Source: Tubiluchus corallicola
Taxonomy: Eukaryota > Animalia > Priapulida
Direction of reading: 5' to 3'
NCBI GenBank assembly: GCA_030141605.1
Contig: JAQGDQ010000094.1
Coordinates: 310,001-374,000, forward strand
DNA length: 64,000 bases
The notes under the pieces are model-generated. The model searched no databases and had not been told where the DNA came from. It worked only from the letters and a program-made list of their open reading frames with translations. Position 1 is the stretch's first letter. Each line of letters opens with the position of its first letter. Shown here in pieces: positions 18,765-32,200 of the stretch. The position numbers and the translations under genes are program-made.

Positions 18765-20381
18765 TTAGCGGAAAAGTTCCCGTTTATCAAAAGTGGCTCC
18801 TAGTGGAAGGCACGTAATCACTTCGCCATCAAAACATGTCAACATATGTCCGTGAGGAGTATAAATCCGAATGTGCTTGTCACTGTCCATGTGGTAGTCT
18901 TTTACATTTCCCAGGTGGAGTTCATCTGGAATCGATAACTGTTCAGCTCCAAATGTGTACCGTGAGCGCCCTCTTTTGTCCAAAATAGCAAGTTTGTTGT
19001 CCTCAGAATCGATGATGAGGAGGTCACCATTGGGCAAGATGGCAATGCCTTGACTATCATTTACATGAAGTTTCTGTTGTTTCTCATTTGGTATTTGAGA
19101 GCAGGCGTTCCTTGATGTGACTGCAGGAGTCTGCGTCTCTGCAATTTTTGGAAATTTATTGGTAGGTCGAAGAGCAACATCGTTGCTGGCCAACAACGTT
19201 TGCGTTGTTCGTGTTAAAGTACACACTTCATCAGTTCCAGTGGCAGAATCAACATGCTTCACCTCAATGTCATCTTCATCTTCTTCATCAGAATCATATG
19301 GATTACGGATGCTGCCCAGATCAACCGGACCTTGATTAAATTCAAACTTTTTTGTAACGTTAATGGGTGTTGGTCTCATTGGAAACGTGGCCAATGTCTT
19401 CAGTTTTTCTTCTAAATCCTTTTTGACGAAAAGAAACTCAACTTCTTTTTCCTTCAACGACTCAGCAAGTTTGAGATTTTTCCTTAAACTTTCATAGTTT
19501 TCTTTTATCACCGACTTTGACTCCAGAAAGTCCATCGTTTCAGCACCATAGCACTCACGCAATTCATGAATCAACACTTTTTCCTTGCACCTAATCTCGT
19601 TAATTAGTTCTCTTGCTCTGTCTTTTATTCTCTTTTCCGTATCTTGCAACCTAGATGAACACGCCTCTATGGAACCAAGTTGATCTTTCAAATCTTCAAG
19701 TTTTTCATTGCACGAACTCAGCAGTTTATCAATGCTCTCTTTTTGTTTACCAGCTCCTTCTTTCATGTCAGATACATCGTGCCCTCCGTGTTCCTCAAAT
19801 GTACAGAGGATGCAAACCAGCTTTTCGCATTTTTCGCAGTAGAATCTGACAACCTCTTCTGGATGGACTTTGCATTCTATGTCCTTTTCTGTCTCGACGT
19901 CACAGATTGTGTGGTTTTTTGTGATTTTCATTGTTCTGTGCAACTCTACACAATCTCCGCACATCAATTTCTGACAGTCCAGGCACTTAGCACAAGCATC
20001 GGAAATCTTTTTCCGCAACTGCCGACAAAACTCACAAAATGGCAACTTGCTGTTGCTCACACGACGTCCAATTGTTTCTTTTAAATTGACCACTAGAAAG
20101 TTGTCCGGTAAACACCGGATGCCTCCTGATGGCATAGGAGTATGCTTCCGACATATTGGACAAGGAAAATCGTACAAACTGCCGTACTTGTGCGTTCTTT
20201 GGGATGAAATATGTTTATCCAGGCAGTCCACACAAAACGTGTGGAGACAACTAAGAGACTTGGGATTTCTGTACTGCTGATAGCAGACTTTGCATGTGAG
20301 AAATTCATCTACAATTTCCTGGGTCAGCTTAGAATTTACCATTGTCGCCATGTCGAATGATCTGTCTCCAGAGGTACACAT
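18765..20381 (-). CDS. TRIM E3 ubiquitin ligase (RING, two B-boxes, coiled coil, partial NHL repeats); TRIM2/3/56-like
   Basis: Intact 538-aa ORF. RING CKVC..CLHTFCVDC..CPIC; B-box1 CEFC..CLDC..CGDC..H..H; B-box2 CKVH..CEKC..CILC..H..H; coiled coil; NHL-like SQGIAILPNGDLLIIDSEDNKLAILD. Acceptor TTTTGTAG at 20425-20432. The true start may be the second Met (MATMVNSK). Confidence 0.93.
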   Translation of the reverse strand: MCTSGDRSFDMATMVNSKLTQEIVDEFLTCKVCYQQYRNPKSLSCLHTFCVDCLDKHISSQRTHKYGSLYDFPCPICRKHTPMPSGGIRCLPDNFLVVNLKETIGRRVSNSKLPFCEFCRQLRKKISDACAKCLDCQKLMCGDCVELHRTMKITKNHTICDVETEKDIECKVHPEEVVRFYCEKCEKLVCILCTFEEHGGHDVSDMKEGAGKQKESIDKLLSSCNEKLEDLKDQLGSIEACSSRLQDTEKRIKDRARELINEIRCKEKVLIHELRECYGAETMDFLESKSVIKENYESLRKNLKLAESLKEKEVEFLFVKKDLEEKLKTLATFPMRPTPINVTKKFEFNQGPVDLGSIRNPYDSDEEDEDDIEVKHVDSATGTDEVCTLTRTTQTLLASNDVALRPTNKFPKIAETQTPAVTSRNACSQIPNEKQQKLHVNDSQGIAILPNGDLLIIDSEDNKLAILDKRGRSRYTFGAEQLSIPDELHLGNVKDYHMDSDKHIRIYTPHGHMLTCFDGEVITCLPLGATFDKRELFR

Positions 20382-21439
20382 GAATTTGTCACGAGGTTAG
20401 ACTGTTGAGAGACTTGCACTAAACCTACAAAAGATAGCAAAAAACAGTTTATTAAATCAAAGGATATTTCTGGATTATACTGCAGACGCTCATTATGGAC
20501 AACAATTATTATGAACAATAATTGTGTAAAACAACAATAATGAACAACTATAGCCAGTAAAAAACATTTCGTAAACTTTTAGTGCAATATAAGCTACAAC
20601 GATTGCTTACAATCCATCTAGGTCCACTAGATACGTCCAAGACATAGAAATACAGCAGAAAGTGGGATGAAATAACTATTTATGAGTAGGAACTGAGGCG
20701 TCAGCTTGTTTGACTTAGTTAAAACAACAACAACACTTCGAGCATAGATTGTAAGCTGGAGCAAAAATTGTTTAGTTTTGATTACAGGCAAGGCGTCATG
20801 GGTCAGTTTAGGAGCCAGAGAGGCTTTTGAAATATAATCTTAAGCCTCGGTTTTATTAAACGAGCATGAAACAGCACATTAGGGAGATAAAAACGAATTT
20901 TTACACCCTCTTATTTTGTAACAAACAGTAGCTGGCGTAAAAAGACCTCATGGTTTCTTCGACATTCCTTAGATAAAATTTGTTATTAATATGAAAAGAA
21001 TAGCTGTGTGCTCACGGTGTGCACTTAGCGACCAAAATTAAGCAATACTCGACATGATTACTATAATAAACAGGTGATCGACGGCAAAAAATTCGGCATG
21101 TTGAGGGTACTTTCTCATTGATAGCTTAGATGTATTCAGATATTAGGTAAGACACTCTGCAGGCTGCAGACAGGATTCTTGATGTCTGTTTAAGTTCCAG
21201 TCATGCACAACAATCAATATCATTAGCAGGAATCCTGTCTAATAGAATTAGTAATACCGTTATGCAGAATTGCTAACTTGTTTAGTAAGAAATTGGTAAC
21301 AGTGAAGAATTTAATGTTGAAATTTGTTTAATATACATAATGTAAAGATTTATTTAACATTTTTGTACTTATGTGCCCTGCAAATACAGGGCTTATTGTA
21401 TCATTTTGAATATAGATTTTTAACAACAACAATAATATA

Positions 21440-22027
<588 letters not shown>

Positions 22028-23382
22028 ATCCATTCTCCCTTCATTCTCACCCATATTTGCTTTTCCTGCCTTATCTTTCTTAGCTGCTTACATAAATGTA
22101 AATTTAAATGTTGAGTCTGACTTCACTAGAATGTACATGTGAAAAGGTCGAGCAAAAAGCCCAGAAAGTTTTTTACAGCAAGTTTACGACCATGGAATAA
22201 AACAGCAGCGTTGATATCTTATTGCTGTTAAAATAGCCTGAACTGTAAATAATTAAGTGTTCCAAAAATAGACATAAAAATGTGCAACAGAAGTTATCGA
22301 CAAAGGTACTTACAACCCTCTCTATGGAATCAAATGGTCTATGCTGCACAATATTTGCAAGGCTAATGCATCCATACACCATACACACATGGGTGACTCT
22401 TAGAGATAGTTACTATAGTATTTAGCTACCAAAGTTATGCTACAGCGTTTAATAGATGAATCTAGCCAGGAGTAACTTTAAGTTGTTCCATCTGCCAGGC
22501 TTTTTACCGCGTTGAATTGTGCACAAATGCACCTGAACATGCCTATTGCCTAAGCCACATCTGCCAATTCATTATCTCATCTTAGAATACTATCCTTGAT
22601 AAATAACTGAATTCGAACGCCGCCACAACCATCTACAATAAGCAGACCCTATCGCAGTGTGTTACTGAACTATATAAAATATTTCCTTATTCATTTATTT
22701 ATTCATAGAAAAATGATAGTCCTTTAGTTCGTTAATCTTCTTTAACACTTTTAGCTTTCATCGTTTCAAAAGTTTTCGTAAAAATTGATAGAAATAAATT
22801 AAAGATAAACCTGTAGGCCAAATTGATTCTCTCAATGTATTTATATTTTACTGTTCCTTCTTTGGATCCTCTAATACACGTCACCACCTTGGTACGCTCT
22901 ATTTGCTGTGAATTGGACGTCAAAACACTTGAAAGGGCAAATAAACTCGTATTGATTTTTAACTCTTTGTACGCTATTTTCAGTCACAAACATTAACGCA
23001 ACAGAAAATCTGCAACGCATTAAAGAATCTGTGAAAAAGCAAAAATGGCGTCTCGTTTTACACGACCATGTGTCTCTGATTTACAGAATGTGATCATTCA
23101 GCCTCTTTGGTGTCTTATAGGCTTAATTAAGCTGATAAACAAGGCAGTAAATTACCTGAAAAAGAAACTGAGCATGAGACTCAGGAAAAAACTGAAAGGC
23201 AGCCTAAAAACGCCAATGGATATCTCTAAATGACACCCTAAATCTATGATAAACATAAAAAAAGATGGTAAAAAAATTGGATTGTATAAAAGCCATCTGA
23301 TTTTTCATAAAATGTTGGTAAGTAAACGACCACGGTGTTATAAGTCGCTTCGATTTTGCTGATTTAGGCCTTTTTTGTTCTC

Positions 23383-23625
<243 letters not shown>

Positions 23626-23639
23626 GCCTTCGCCAGGGT

Positions 23640-24487
23640 GGGAAAATGTTATCGATTTTATTTAATTTTGTTTCAAAAATCTTAGTCACAATCTTGCCTG
23701 TAGAAGTCTTGGATCTCATATTGTGGGCACATGCATCAATAACTTTATGTCACTTTTTTAGCAACCACTACAACAGTTTTGCAGAAACTTTGTCAGATTT
23801 ATATTGAATATGCTAAATCACACGATATTGTTACAAACGTAGAAAGACTAAACTGTTGTCAGTAATTCCACAATTGGAGGGCAAGGTGATAAACCCTAGT
23901 AAAAAGAAAATATCTAGGCCATGTAATCAGTTATGATAATAAAGACGACCTTGATGTAATAAAGCAAAGAGGTATTTATTATGCCAAAGCTAATAAATTC
24001 TGGAGAAAGTTTCACTTTTGTACAAATGGCGTTAAAGCAAAATTAATTAATGCATATCCATGTGCATATACCAGTTTTTATGGCATGCCCACGTGGCTAC
24101 ATTATTATACTCTCAACATTCTCATAATATTTCCATGCGCAAGTTATTTGACTAACCTTATGATTTTAGTGCAAGGATTATTGCTATTAACCATAACGTA
24201 TTGTATTTTGACGTAATTTATAGGGAAAATGTATATAGTCTGTATAGCAGAGTCACTAACAGTACAAATGACATCTGTAAAAGTTCAAGGGAATGTTATG
24301 CATATTTTACATCTGATATGGAGACAATTGGAGAAAAATCCTCTACGTAGGCAATTTGTAAATTTAGTAACCAAATTTAAGTGTACATCTATTTTATGTT
24401 TTTTTTTGTAATACGTGAGGTAAATATTGTGTGTTACAAATTTTCACATGAACATTGTCTGAAATAAAGATCTAAATCAAATCAAAT
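23640..24487 (+). mobile_element. Highly degraded non-LTR retrotransposon 3' fragment
   Basis: Decayed post-RT motif KQRGIYYAKANKFWRKFHFCTNGVKAKLINAY (~23960-24060); ends with AATAAA and an (AAATC)n tail at ~24462-24487. Confidence 0.6.
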
Positions 24488-24853
24488 GTCTTGCTTGCTC
24501 TTTTTCTCTTTCTCAGTCTCTCGTTTTCACGAAAATACAAATTTTAATATTTTTTGCAAACATTTAATCATTTGTGTTGTAGGTTCTTACGCAGATGTAT
24601 TACAACAACTAAGTTGCATATATTAATTTAAAATGTACGAATTAAAATTATGGGCTACTTGATACGAGAAAAGTTCATTTTGCTTTGTTAAAGAATTGAA
24701 ATAAAGTTAGAGTGACATGTGTTGTGTAATAGATACAGGCTGCAGTATGCCGCAGCACATAACACCCAACAAACAGAAGGCGCCTTACCTTTGTTTTCTA
24801 TTTTCTTTTTCACCTACCTTTTTTTTCACTTACACGCAAAGTGGATAACTCAC

Positions 24854-24965
24854 CGTGAAATCTTTACCGAGTGTAATCGATCAGACGACGTCCAAACTTC
24901 TCTCACTTCGCCACCCTGCCACTCGCTCTATTAGCTAGCAGAGTAAAACACGTCGTACCGTCAGA
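24854..24965 (-). other. Candidate non-coding first exon of the TRIM gene
   Basis: Strong minus-strand donor ACG|GTGAGT at 24854/24853 in a locally CpG-rich block; would join the acceptor at 20424. The 5' end is a guess. Confidence 0.45.
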
Positions 24966-26559
24966 GATATAAATACTCCAGGATCAAATTCAGCAAATGA
25001 AACGGCCCAGCCGCTCTTCTGTTTAGCATCAAGAATCCTAAACCTCGTATGTTACCCGTCATGTTCCTGTGTGAGGCCTATAAGCCATTGCGTGGGAGGA
25101 GGGCGTAATTAAGGAAATATTGCAGTCTCTGTGAAGGATCAACCGGGCACATTAAAGTGCTATAAATAACGGTGATGTAATCGAGTGGTACAAACTACTA
25201 GAGTCATAGTATGACTCCATCGCCTCGCCTAAGTCTACTCTGAGTCCGTTTCCTCAGTGCCCGAGATGGTTAGTTTTATCAAATTGGGGCGCCATAAGAA
25301 GCAGAGGCCCTTAATGAAATAATATGTGCTGGAAGGTTTTTTATTTAAGAATTTGTTGGAGTTCTGCTTATTCTTTAGTTCTGGACTCGCACTTAGCACA
25401 TTTTTTAACAAGTTTAACTTTTTTCAATTATTTGTCAACTAATGGCGATTTTGGCTTTCCAAATAATGTCGCAAGATATTGAGTTCTTGGTAATCGTTTC
25501 AGTTTTTAAGTAATGAACATGCAAAGCAATTATCTTATTATACTGAACAAACAAAAAGTTATTTTTTCGCATAGTCTGAGAAGCTGCATAGAACTTGATG
25601 TAAAATATCGTATTTCTGAAATAAAATAATAATCATAATTTGAGAGTTCATTATTACGTCAAAATCAGAGATGGACTCTAGCTAGCAGTACAAGAAGTTT
25701 GGAAAACGTCGTCAGGAACGTGCCAGTATCCAGTCGTTTTTTTTTGTTTGTGTCAATTTCAGTGAACTGTTTGTGTTTCGATTCAAGCATACCAGTCAGG
25801 TACTAATTTCAGGCGTAAAATCGTAATCACGGCAAACTTAAATGGTAGCTTTCAGAAGCTTCGTGCATCAAGTTCAGTTCTAGCGAGAATCGAAGTCTAA
25901 TAAACCGCCAGCTAGTAATAAATAATAATAAAAGGATAAACCCGGCAAAGAGATAACAACAGCAACAAATCATAAAGCATCAACCACAAAAACACTTAAC
26001 AAAGCGTAAAAATGTCCTGTTCTACATTTCTAACCACACTGCTTGTACAGTAGGAAACCGCCAACAAACTGCTTCAAATTAGTGTATTATCAATTTGCAA
26101 CTTATAACAAGTAACAACAATATAACTTATACAGCGTACTAACATAGCCCTACAGTGTTGATTTCTAAAATACATGAATTCTATTTTTATTTGCAGGTTT
26201 TAATCTACTGAGAATGGCTGCTATGATAGCTGAAATGTTCAAAATAAATTTCATGATTATGCTTATTGCGTGTTGGTGCTGTAATTAATAGGGTCACTCA
26301 AGCAAACTGGTTTAAACGTTATCCGCTCGGTGGCGGTGAGACAGTAGAGGATGTAGAATCCCTAACCGGATGCACAGCGGTGATTAGTAGGAAATAGCTC
26401 CGTTGTTCCTACTGATCACCGCTCTGAGTGGATGACCGCGGAGCCGTAATTATCATCATTTTTGCACGTATGCGCATAACAACTGCTGATAATCTTTTAC
26501 CTGTAAACAGAAATGATAATAACAGTTTGCTAGGGTAAATAATGCAAGGAGGCATAAAG

Positions 26560-29003
26560 ATGGTAGAACTACTGTTTTTGAGAATTTATCGGTTTTTAAT
26601 GCAAATGCTAGAATAGAAGACTTTTCAATAAGCTTTCTGAGCTCTGTGTTTTATTTAACCACAGTAATTACGAGGTGTAAGCACTCAGTGAAACATGGCT
26701 CACTCCAGAAATTACGAATGGAATGTTAGATGCTTTTAATTTCAAAGTTTACCATAAAGCCAGAGACACTCGTGGCGAGGTGTTGCCTTATTTTTTAATT
26801 TCAGTGTGAAAGTGTCGCCTGTTAAGATTCCTGATATGTTCAGAAATCTTGAAATTCTAGCTGTAAATGTACTTTGTGATCGACCTTTTGGATTAGTTGT
26901 TATTTATCGATCACCGAATTATGATTTAAGTCATTCTCTTAATGTTTTTAAATGCATGGATTTCTTAGCTAATAGCAAACTATCTCTTGTTTTTATTGGT
27001 GATTTTAACATGCCAGATGTTTCTTGGGGCAATTGTTTTTAGTATCGATTAGGCTCTAGGTAATACCAAGCATTTTGTAACCTAATTTTGCAACAAGGAG
27101 TAGATCAACTTGTGAATTTACCAACAAGGAAGTTCTTGCTCTAGCCGTGCATCATTTCTAGATCTTCTTCTTTCTACTGATGCAGCATTTGCCTCGAATG
27201 TTCAAGTTACTGAATTGCTGATGATGTCTCTAAGGCGAAAGTTTTAAAAACTCGTTTTGCTCAAAATTTTACTTTAGATAATGGTCAGGTACCTCTTATA
27301 GATGACAAAATTGGTGAAGGGATTGACTTTGTCAGCTTTCCTCCAATGAAAATAAGGAAAGGTGTTAATAAGCTCAAATCCAAAGAAACTTGCACACCTG
27401 ACGAGCTTCCAGATATTATATTTAAGAAACTTGTAAATATTCTTTGTTTGCCATTATCCTTCATATTTGAAATGTCGTTTATGGAGGGTGTTATTCAAGC
27501 TATTTGGAAAAGGACTGACGTAAATCCCATCCACAAAAAAGGTGAAAGATCCGATCCAAACAATTACAGACCGGTGTCTTTAACATGTATATCTTGTAAA
27601 CTCATAAAATCAGTTATCTATGAAAGTGCTATAGAATATTTTAGATTTAAAAATTTGTTTACTCGGGAACGACGTGGCATTCTCTTACGTAGATCAACAT
27701 GTACTTAATTATTAGAAAGTTTGTGTGATTAGAATCTCGTCTTGGATCTGGATAACAATGTAGATGTTGTATTAATTGGCTTTAAGAAGGCATTTGATAT
27801 GGTTAGCCATGGAAAACTCTTGATCAAATCTAAATCTCTTGGCATTCATGGATACCTACTGAATTGGATTACCTGTTTTTTTCTTAAATATGACCCAGCG
27901 AGTTGTTTTTGGTAGCTCTTTTTCACACTATGTGCCTGTAACACCAGGAATACCACAGGTCAGTGTGCTTGGACCTTTGTTCTTTTTGTTATTTATAAAT
28001 GATCTGGCAGGTAATGTAAGACAGGTAACACTAAAATTATTAAGTTTGCTGATGATGCCAAACTGTATCAATGCCTTAAAAATGATGGTACTTCTGTTAT
28101 TCAGTCAGCTATTGACAAAATCAAAACATGTTCAGACTTAAGGCAACTGACCATGACTATCGCTAAATGCAACATATTGCATTTTGGTAGAAATAATCCT
28201 GTTAATTATTATTTACAGAATGTAGAAATTGAGACTACTAGTAATGTACAAGATCTTTGAATAAATGTATCACCAAACCAAAAGTTTAGTGTCCATTGTG
28301 CTGAAATTTGTACAACAGTAAACAGAACAACCTATATGATTTTTAGAATTTTTTTGTTAGCAATAAACAACCTTTACTGAAAGTTTATAAGCTCTATCTC
28401 TAATCATTGGTTGAATATTGTTCTCCTGTGTGGAGTCCTTATTTGCTTGGTGATTTAGATGTTGTAGAAAATGTTCAGGGTTACTTTACAAGACGCCTTT
28501 GTAATAGATGTGGAATTAATTATGAATCGTATCCACATAGATTACAATTTCTGAGTGTTAAATCATTAGAAGACACATAATTTCTTATTTGTGTATGTAT
28601 AACAAAATTATGCGTAAGGATGTTGATTTAAACAGGGAAACATTTACTACCAAAGCTTTAAATAATAAAACTAAGAGTAACCACTCATTAAAACTCGTTG
28701 TAAGGCATACATGTAAGACACACTTTCATGAATTTTTCTCAAATCGTGTTGTTCCAATATGGAACTCATTGCCTGCTTCTGTAAATGATTCGTCATTAGT
28801 TACTGCTGGAAATGTTAAGTTATTTCGTAAAAGACTTAAACATGTTGATTTAACAAGGTTTCTTAAATTCGACAGACATATGTAAGTAGCTTTACTCTGT
28901 GTGTCTTCCTGCACATCTTAATCAGTGCTAGTGGTTGTACTGCATTTTTATTTTTTTAATGAATGTCGATTTGTGTACAAATGTGAATAAACTAAACTAA
29001 ACT
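26560..29003 (+). mobile_element. Degraded CR1-type LINE ORF2 (endonuclease and RT, internal deletion) with (ACTAA)n tail
   Basis: EN motifs SETWL, VIYRSPN, IGDFNMPDVSW, LDLL; RT motifs PIHKKGERSDPNNYRPVSLT, KKAFDMVSH, GIPQVSVLGPLFFLLFINDL, FADDAKL, FFSNRVVPIWNSLP; tail AATAAACTAAACTAAACTA. Confidence 0.92.
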
Positions 29004-29079
29004 ATAAGCTCTAGGTTACTAGCACACGAATTAATCAAAGACTTTTATTTTGAAATAAACGTATTCTCTCGGCCTACAT

Positions 29080-29215
29080 TTACAATTCATCTGCAATTTC
29101 CTGGGTCAGCTTAAAATTCACCATGGTCGTCATGCCGCGTGATCTGTCTTCAAGAGGAAGACATGAACTTGCCATGTGATTCGGCTGTTGCAGGACTTGC
29201 ACAAACCTGTAGTTG
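29080..29215 (-). pseudogene. Diverged, truncated duplicate of the 5' end of the TRIM coding exon, including its splice acceptor
   Basis: 29084-29207 aligns co-linearly with 20302-20425; encodes MTTMVNFKLTQEIADEL* versus MATMVNSKLTQEIVDEFLTC; acceptor CTACAG retained. Confidence 0.85.
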
Positions 29216-32200
29216 TTTATTGTGTAAATTGTTAACTGCTTTACTGAAAATCTTTATTGCAAGTTTTCATCCAAGGAATAATACAAAAAATTAATATATA
29301 GTTTGCAATCAAAGTAATTAAGCTAAACAACCAAGTTCAGAACCAGCCTGTTTGCTATAGACGTTCATTCAGTTAATTACATTAGTGAGTCAACCAGTCG
29401 TGTCACTTAGTTATTATAGTTTGTCTAAGCGAAGTGGGCAACTGTAGAATTATCGGTTCCCTCTGGCTGTAACCACTTTTTATCGGCCCTGGATTAATGC
29501 AGCAAGCTGATACCTCGCACAGAGGTAGGAGCTCATACTCAAATGATCATTCAAACTCAGAGCCCATTGATTTTTGGATTTTTGATTATTTACAATTTTT
29601 AAAGATTTGTACGTAAGTAACGTGACTATAGAATTAACGGTTCCGTCTATCAGTCTGTCGCATTTTTCTTGTATTAAAACAATGTTGTTGTAATGCCTAA
29701 AATAAAAATGTAATGAATTAGTATTGCCTTAGTTCCTGCTGTCTAGCTAGTGCATTACAACAATCTATTATATTTCAGTCTGATTGTCTACCGTTATACT
29801 GCTTCTACTTCTTCTACTTTGTAAACATGCCACTTTATTTTATCTTAATCTTATATCTTGTATAATAAACGTATGTAATAGATGTGCCAAAACTGCTAAA
29901 ATTAATTTGGTGATTTGGGAAATCGTATTATATATTAGTATATATGTTCTACATAAGTTCTAAATGTGTTTGAGTCAGTTTGACTCTATTATTGGCTAAA
30001 TAAATCTTGAATCTCTCATAAAATCATTATTATACAACTGCTCATTTGTTTTTAATGGCTACCACAACTTTCTTTATGATGTTCTTTAATCTATGAAAAA
30101 TAACATCCACGATAATTGGCTCTTGCCACTTTTACTCTATAATTATTTGTTATTATTGCAGCCCAGATCTTTGGTTCAGAGCTGGACTAAATGAGTCTCG
30201 AGAAGCATTCCCGTGTTGCTGCGCGCCATGAGAACGAGTTCCACCAGGCTTATTTCAAAATTTTTGAATTTTTGATGATTAAAACTAAAAGCATGGTGTA
30301 ATTAATAATATAATGATAACACTTCGTAAACTAATGTGTTGTTCAAGTAAGTGTCTGTCGCTGTTCGTAAAGAGGTTTCGGCGGGAGAGTTCCGAGCACC
30401 TGTCAGCGCATCCCTGGTAGGTTATGTTGCAAAAAGTTGAATTTTTAGTCGGGCAATTTTTCAATCTTCGCAAATCTAGATGGTTGTGCGTTGGCAGTAC
30501 ATCATCCGCGTGTAGTGGGTCAGTCATAAAAAATGAATTGCTGTACTAGCTTCTGAGGTTCCGGTAAGCGAGAACTCTATGTGCGAGTTTTGCGTGATTC
30601 CCATTGACTGTTTCCATGTGTCCGTAAACGTTAAGCGCATTAACAAAGCTGACGGCGCACATTCCGCCGTTTTTGGTCCTATTCGTGAAAGGTGCAACTA
30701 ATCCATAAAAAGTGATGATTATTTAGCATATTAATTCATACATTAACTTACTTACTTACCTTACCCTCATCTCTTACCTTCATCAAAAACAGGAGAATTA
30801 TTGCCATCAAAAAGAAGAAGAATACTGTTGCTAGCGAATTTTTTATGCACATATATGACATCTATAACACATGATTATACACCTAACCTCTCAAAAGAGA
30901 AGAAATATTATTGTTGAAGTCACAGAAACTCGTCTAACCATAATTACCAGAAAGCCAATCAGCAAAACTGGTGACCAGAAACTTGAAAACTCGCTGAATC
31001 ATCTTGTATTGCTGCAGGATGCGTATTCGAATGGTGCTGATCATGTTCAAGTGAATATGGATCATGTATTACAGGTTGCGCATTACATTCGCTTAGAAAC
31101 ATTTCTACATGTTTGAATTCAAACTGCTCTATAAGTCTCTGCATTACCAATCACACATTGAGTACACATGGAGTCATACCTTTAGGCTTACATCGCAATT
31201 ATTATTGTCACTTTTACCCCGTTTCTTCGATAATGGCTAATAAAGTTAAAATAAGTAGTTTTCTTTTGAAACTGAGTTTCTGACACAAGTTGTTCTTCTG
31301 TTCAGCAGTATTTGCTAGTTTACACTATGGGTGAATAAAGTCATCTTTTTTGGATGAACAGTTAACATAAGCTCCAAAGAGCAACAAACAGGGCAACAGC
31401 AAGAACCATTTTTAGAGTCTTTGGTATGGCTTGGATGCGATATAGATTGGACATCCTGCCAGATGGAGAGCGGATGCGCTATCATTTGTATGTACCAGGT
31501 GCTAGGTCACATGAACAGTTAACTTTTAAGTGTAGATGATACTTCGACAGTGGTAGGGATGCTCTGACCTAAAATTACAGAATTCGACAGGAAATGAAAT
31601 TTACTGAAGCTTTCCCACCGAACAGAACCTGAATCATAACCGCGAAACCTGCACCGTATCAATGTATTTACATAGTAACTACTTTTGCTGTTGTTACCAG
31701 TTGTAATAATATAAATGTTATTAAATGCTGTTGCTATTATGTGCCTGCAATTATTATTTTTTAGGTTGAGTATCAGCATATAGAGAGTTTAGTGTTTTTA
31801 TACTGTTTTATTGAGATGACGTATTGCACTATACTTTAAACGTATCTTGTAGTACAAATTACCAAAATAGTCTACAGCTGCTTCATTTTTTAGCACCTGA
31901 GTCATCATTGTTAATTTCTTTAACCCACTCATCCAGCATATTTTTTAGTAGGCCTACTTGTGACTATTTTGAACAATTTAGCACAGCAGTTCTTACACAT
32001 TTGCTGGCTTCATTATCCCCCACCTGAACATTTCTCCTAACACAGTTTACAAACCATGAAATTCCTTGGAAGAAGTAGCAAAGCAGACCATACCAGAGTG
32101 CACTGCTTTACAGACATACAGTATATAGTTTCTTCACAAAAATTAATGGTCTTTCTACTGGCTGAAATTCAAATCAAGTCACTGTTACTTTGCAAATTGC

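Noticed and set aside
14661-20308. ORFs overlapping the BTB and TRIM genes on the opposite strand or in other frames
   Set aside because: Shadow ORFs of real coding sequence with no domain motifs.
21169-21239. 13-bp inverted repeat GACAGGATTCTTG..CAGGAATCCTGTC, and the 9-bp hairpin at ~38646-38668
   Set aside because: Too short to assign; probably transposon debris or chance.
30800-31520. Possible decayed endonuclease or transposase (VTETRL, DEQL words)
   Set aside because: Only isolated short words among many stops; no family can be assigned without a profile search.
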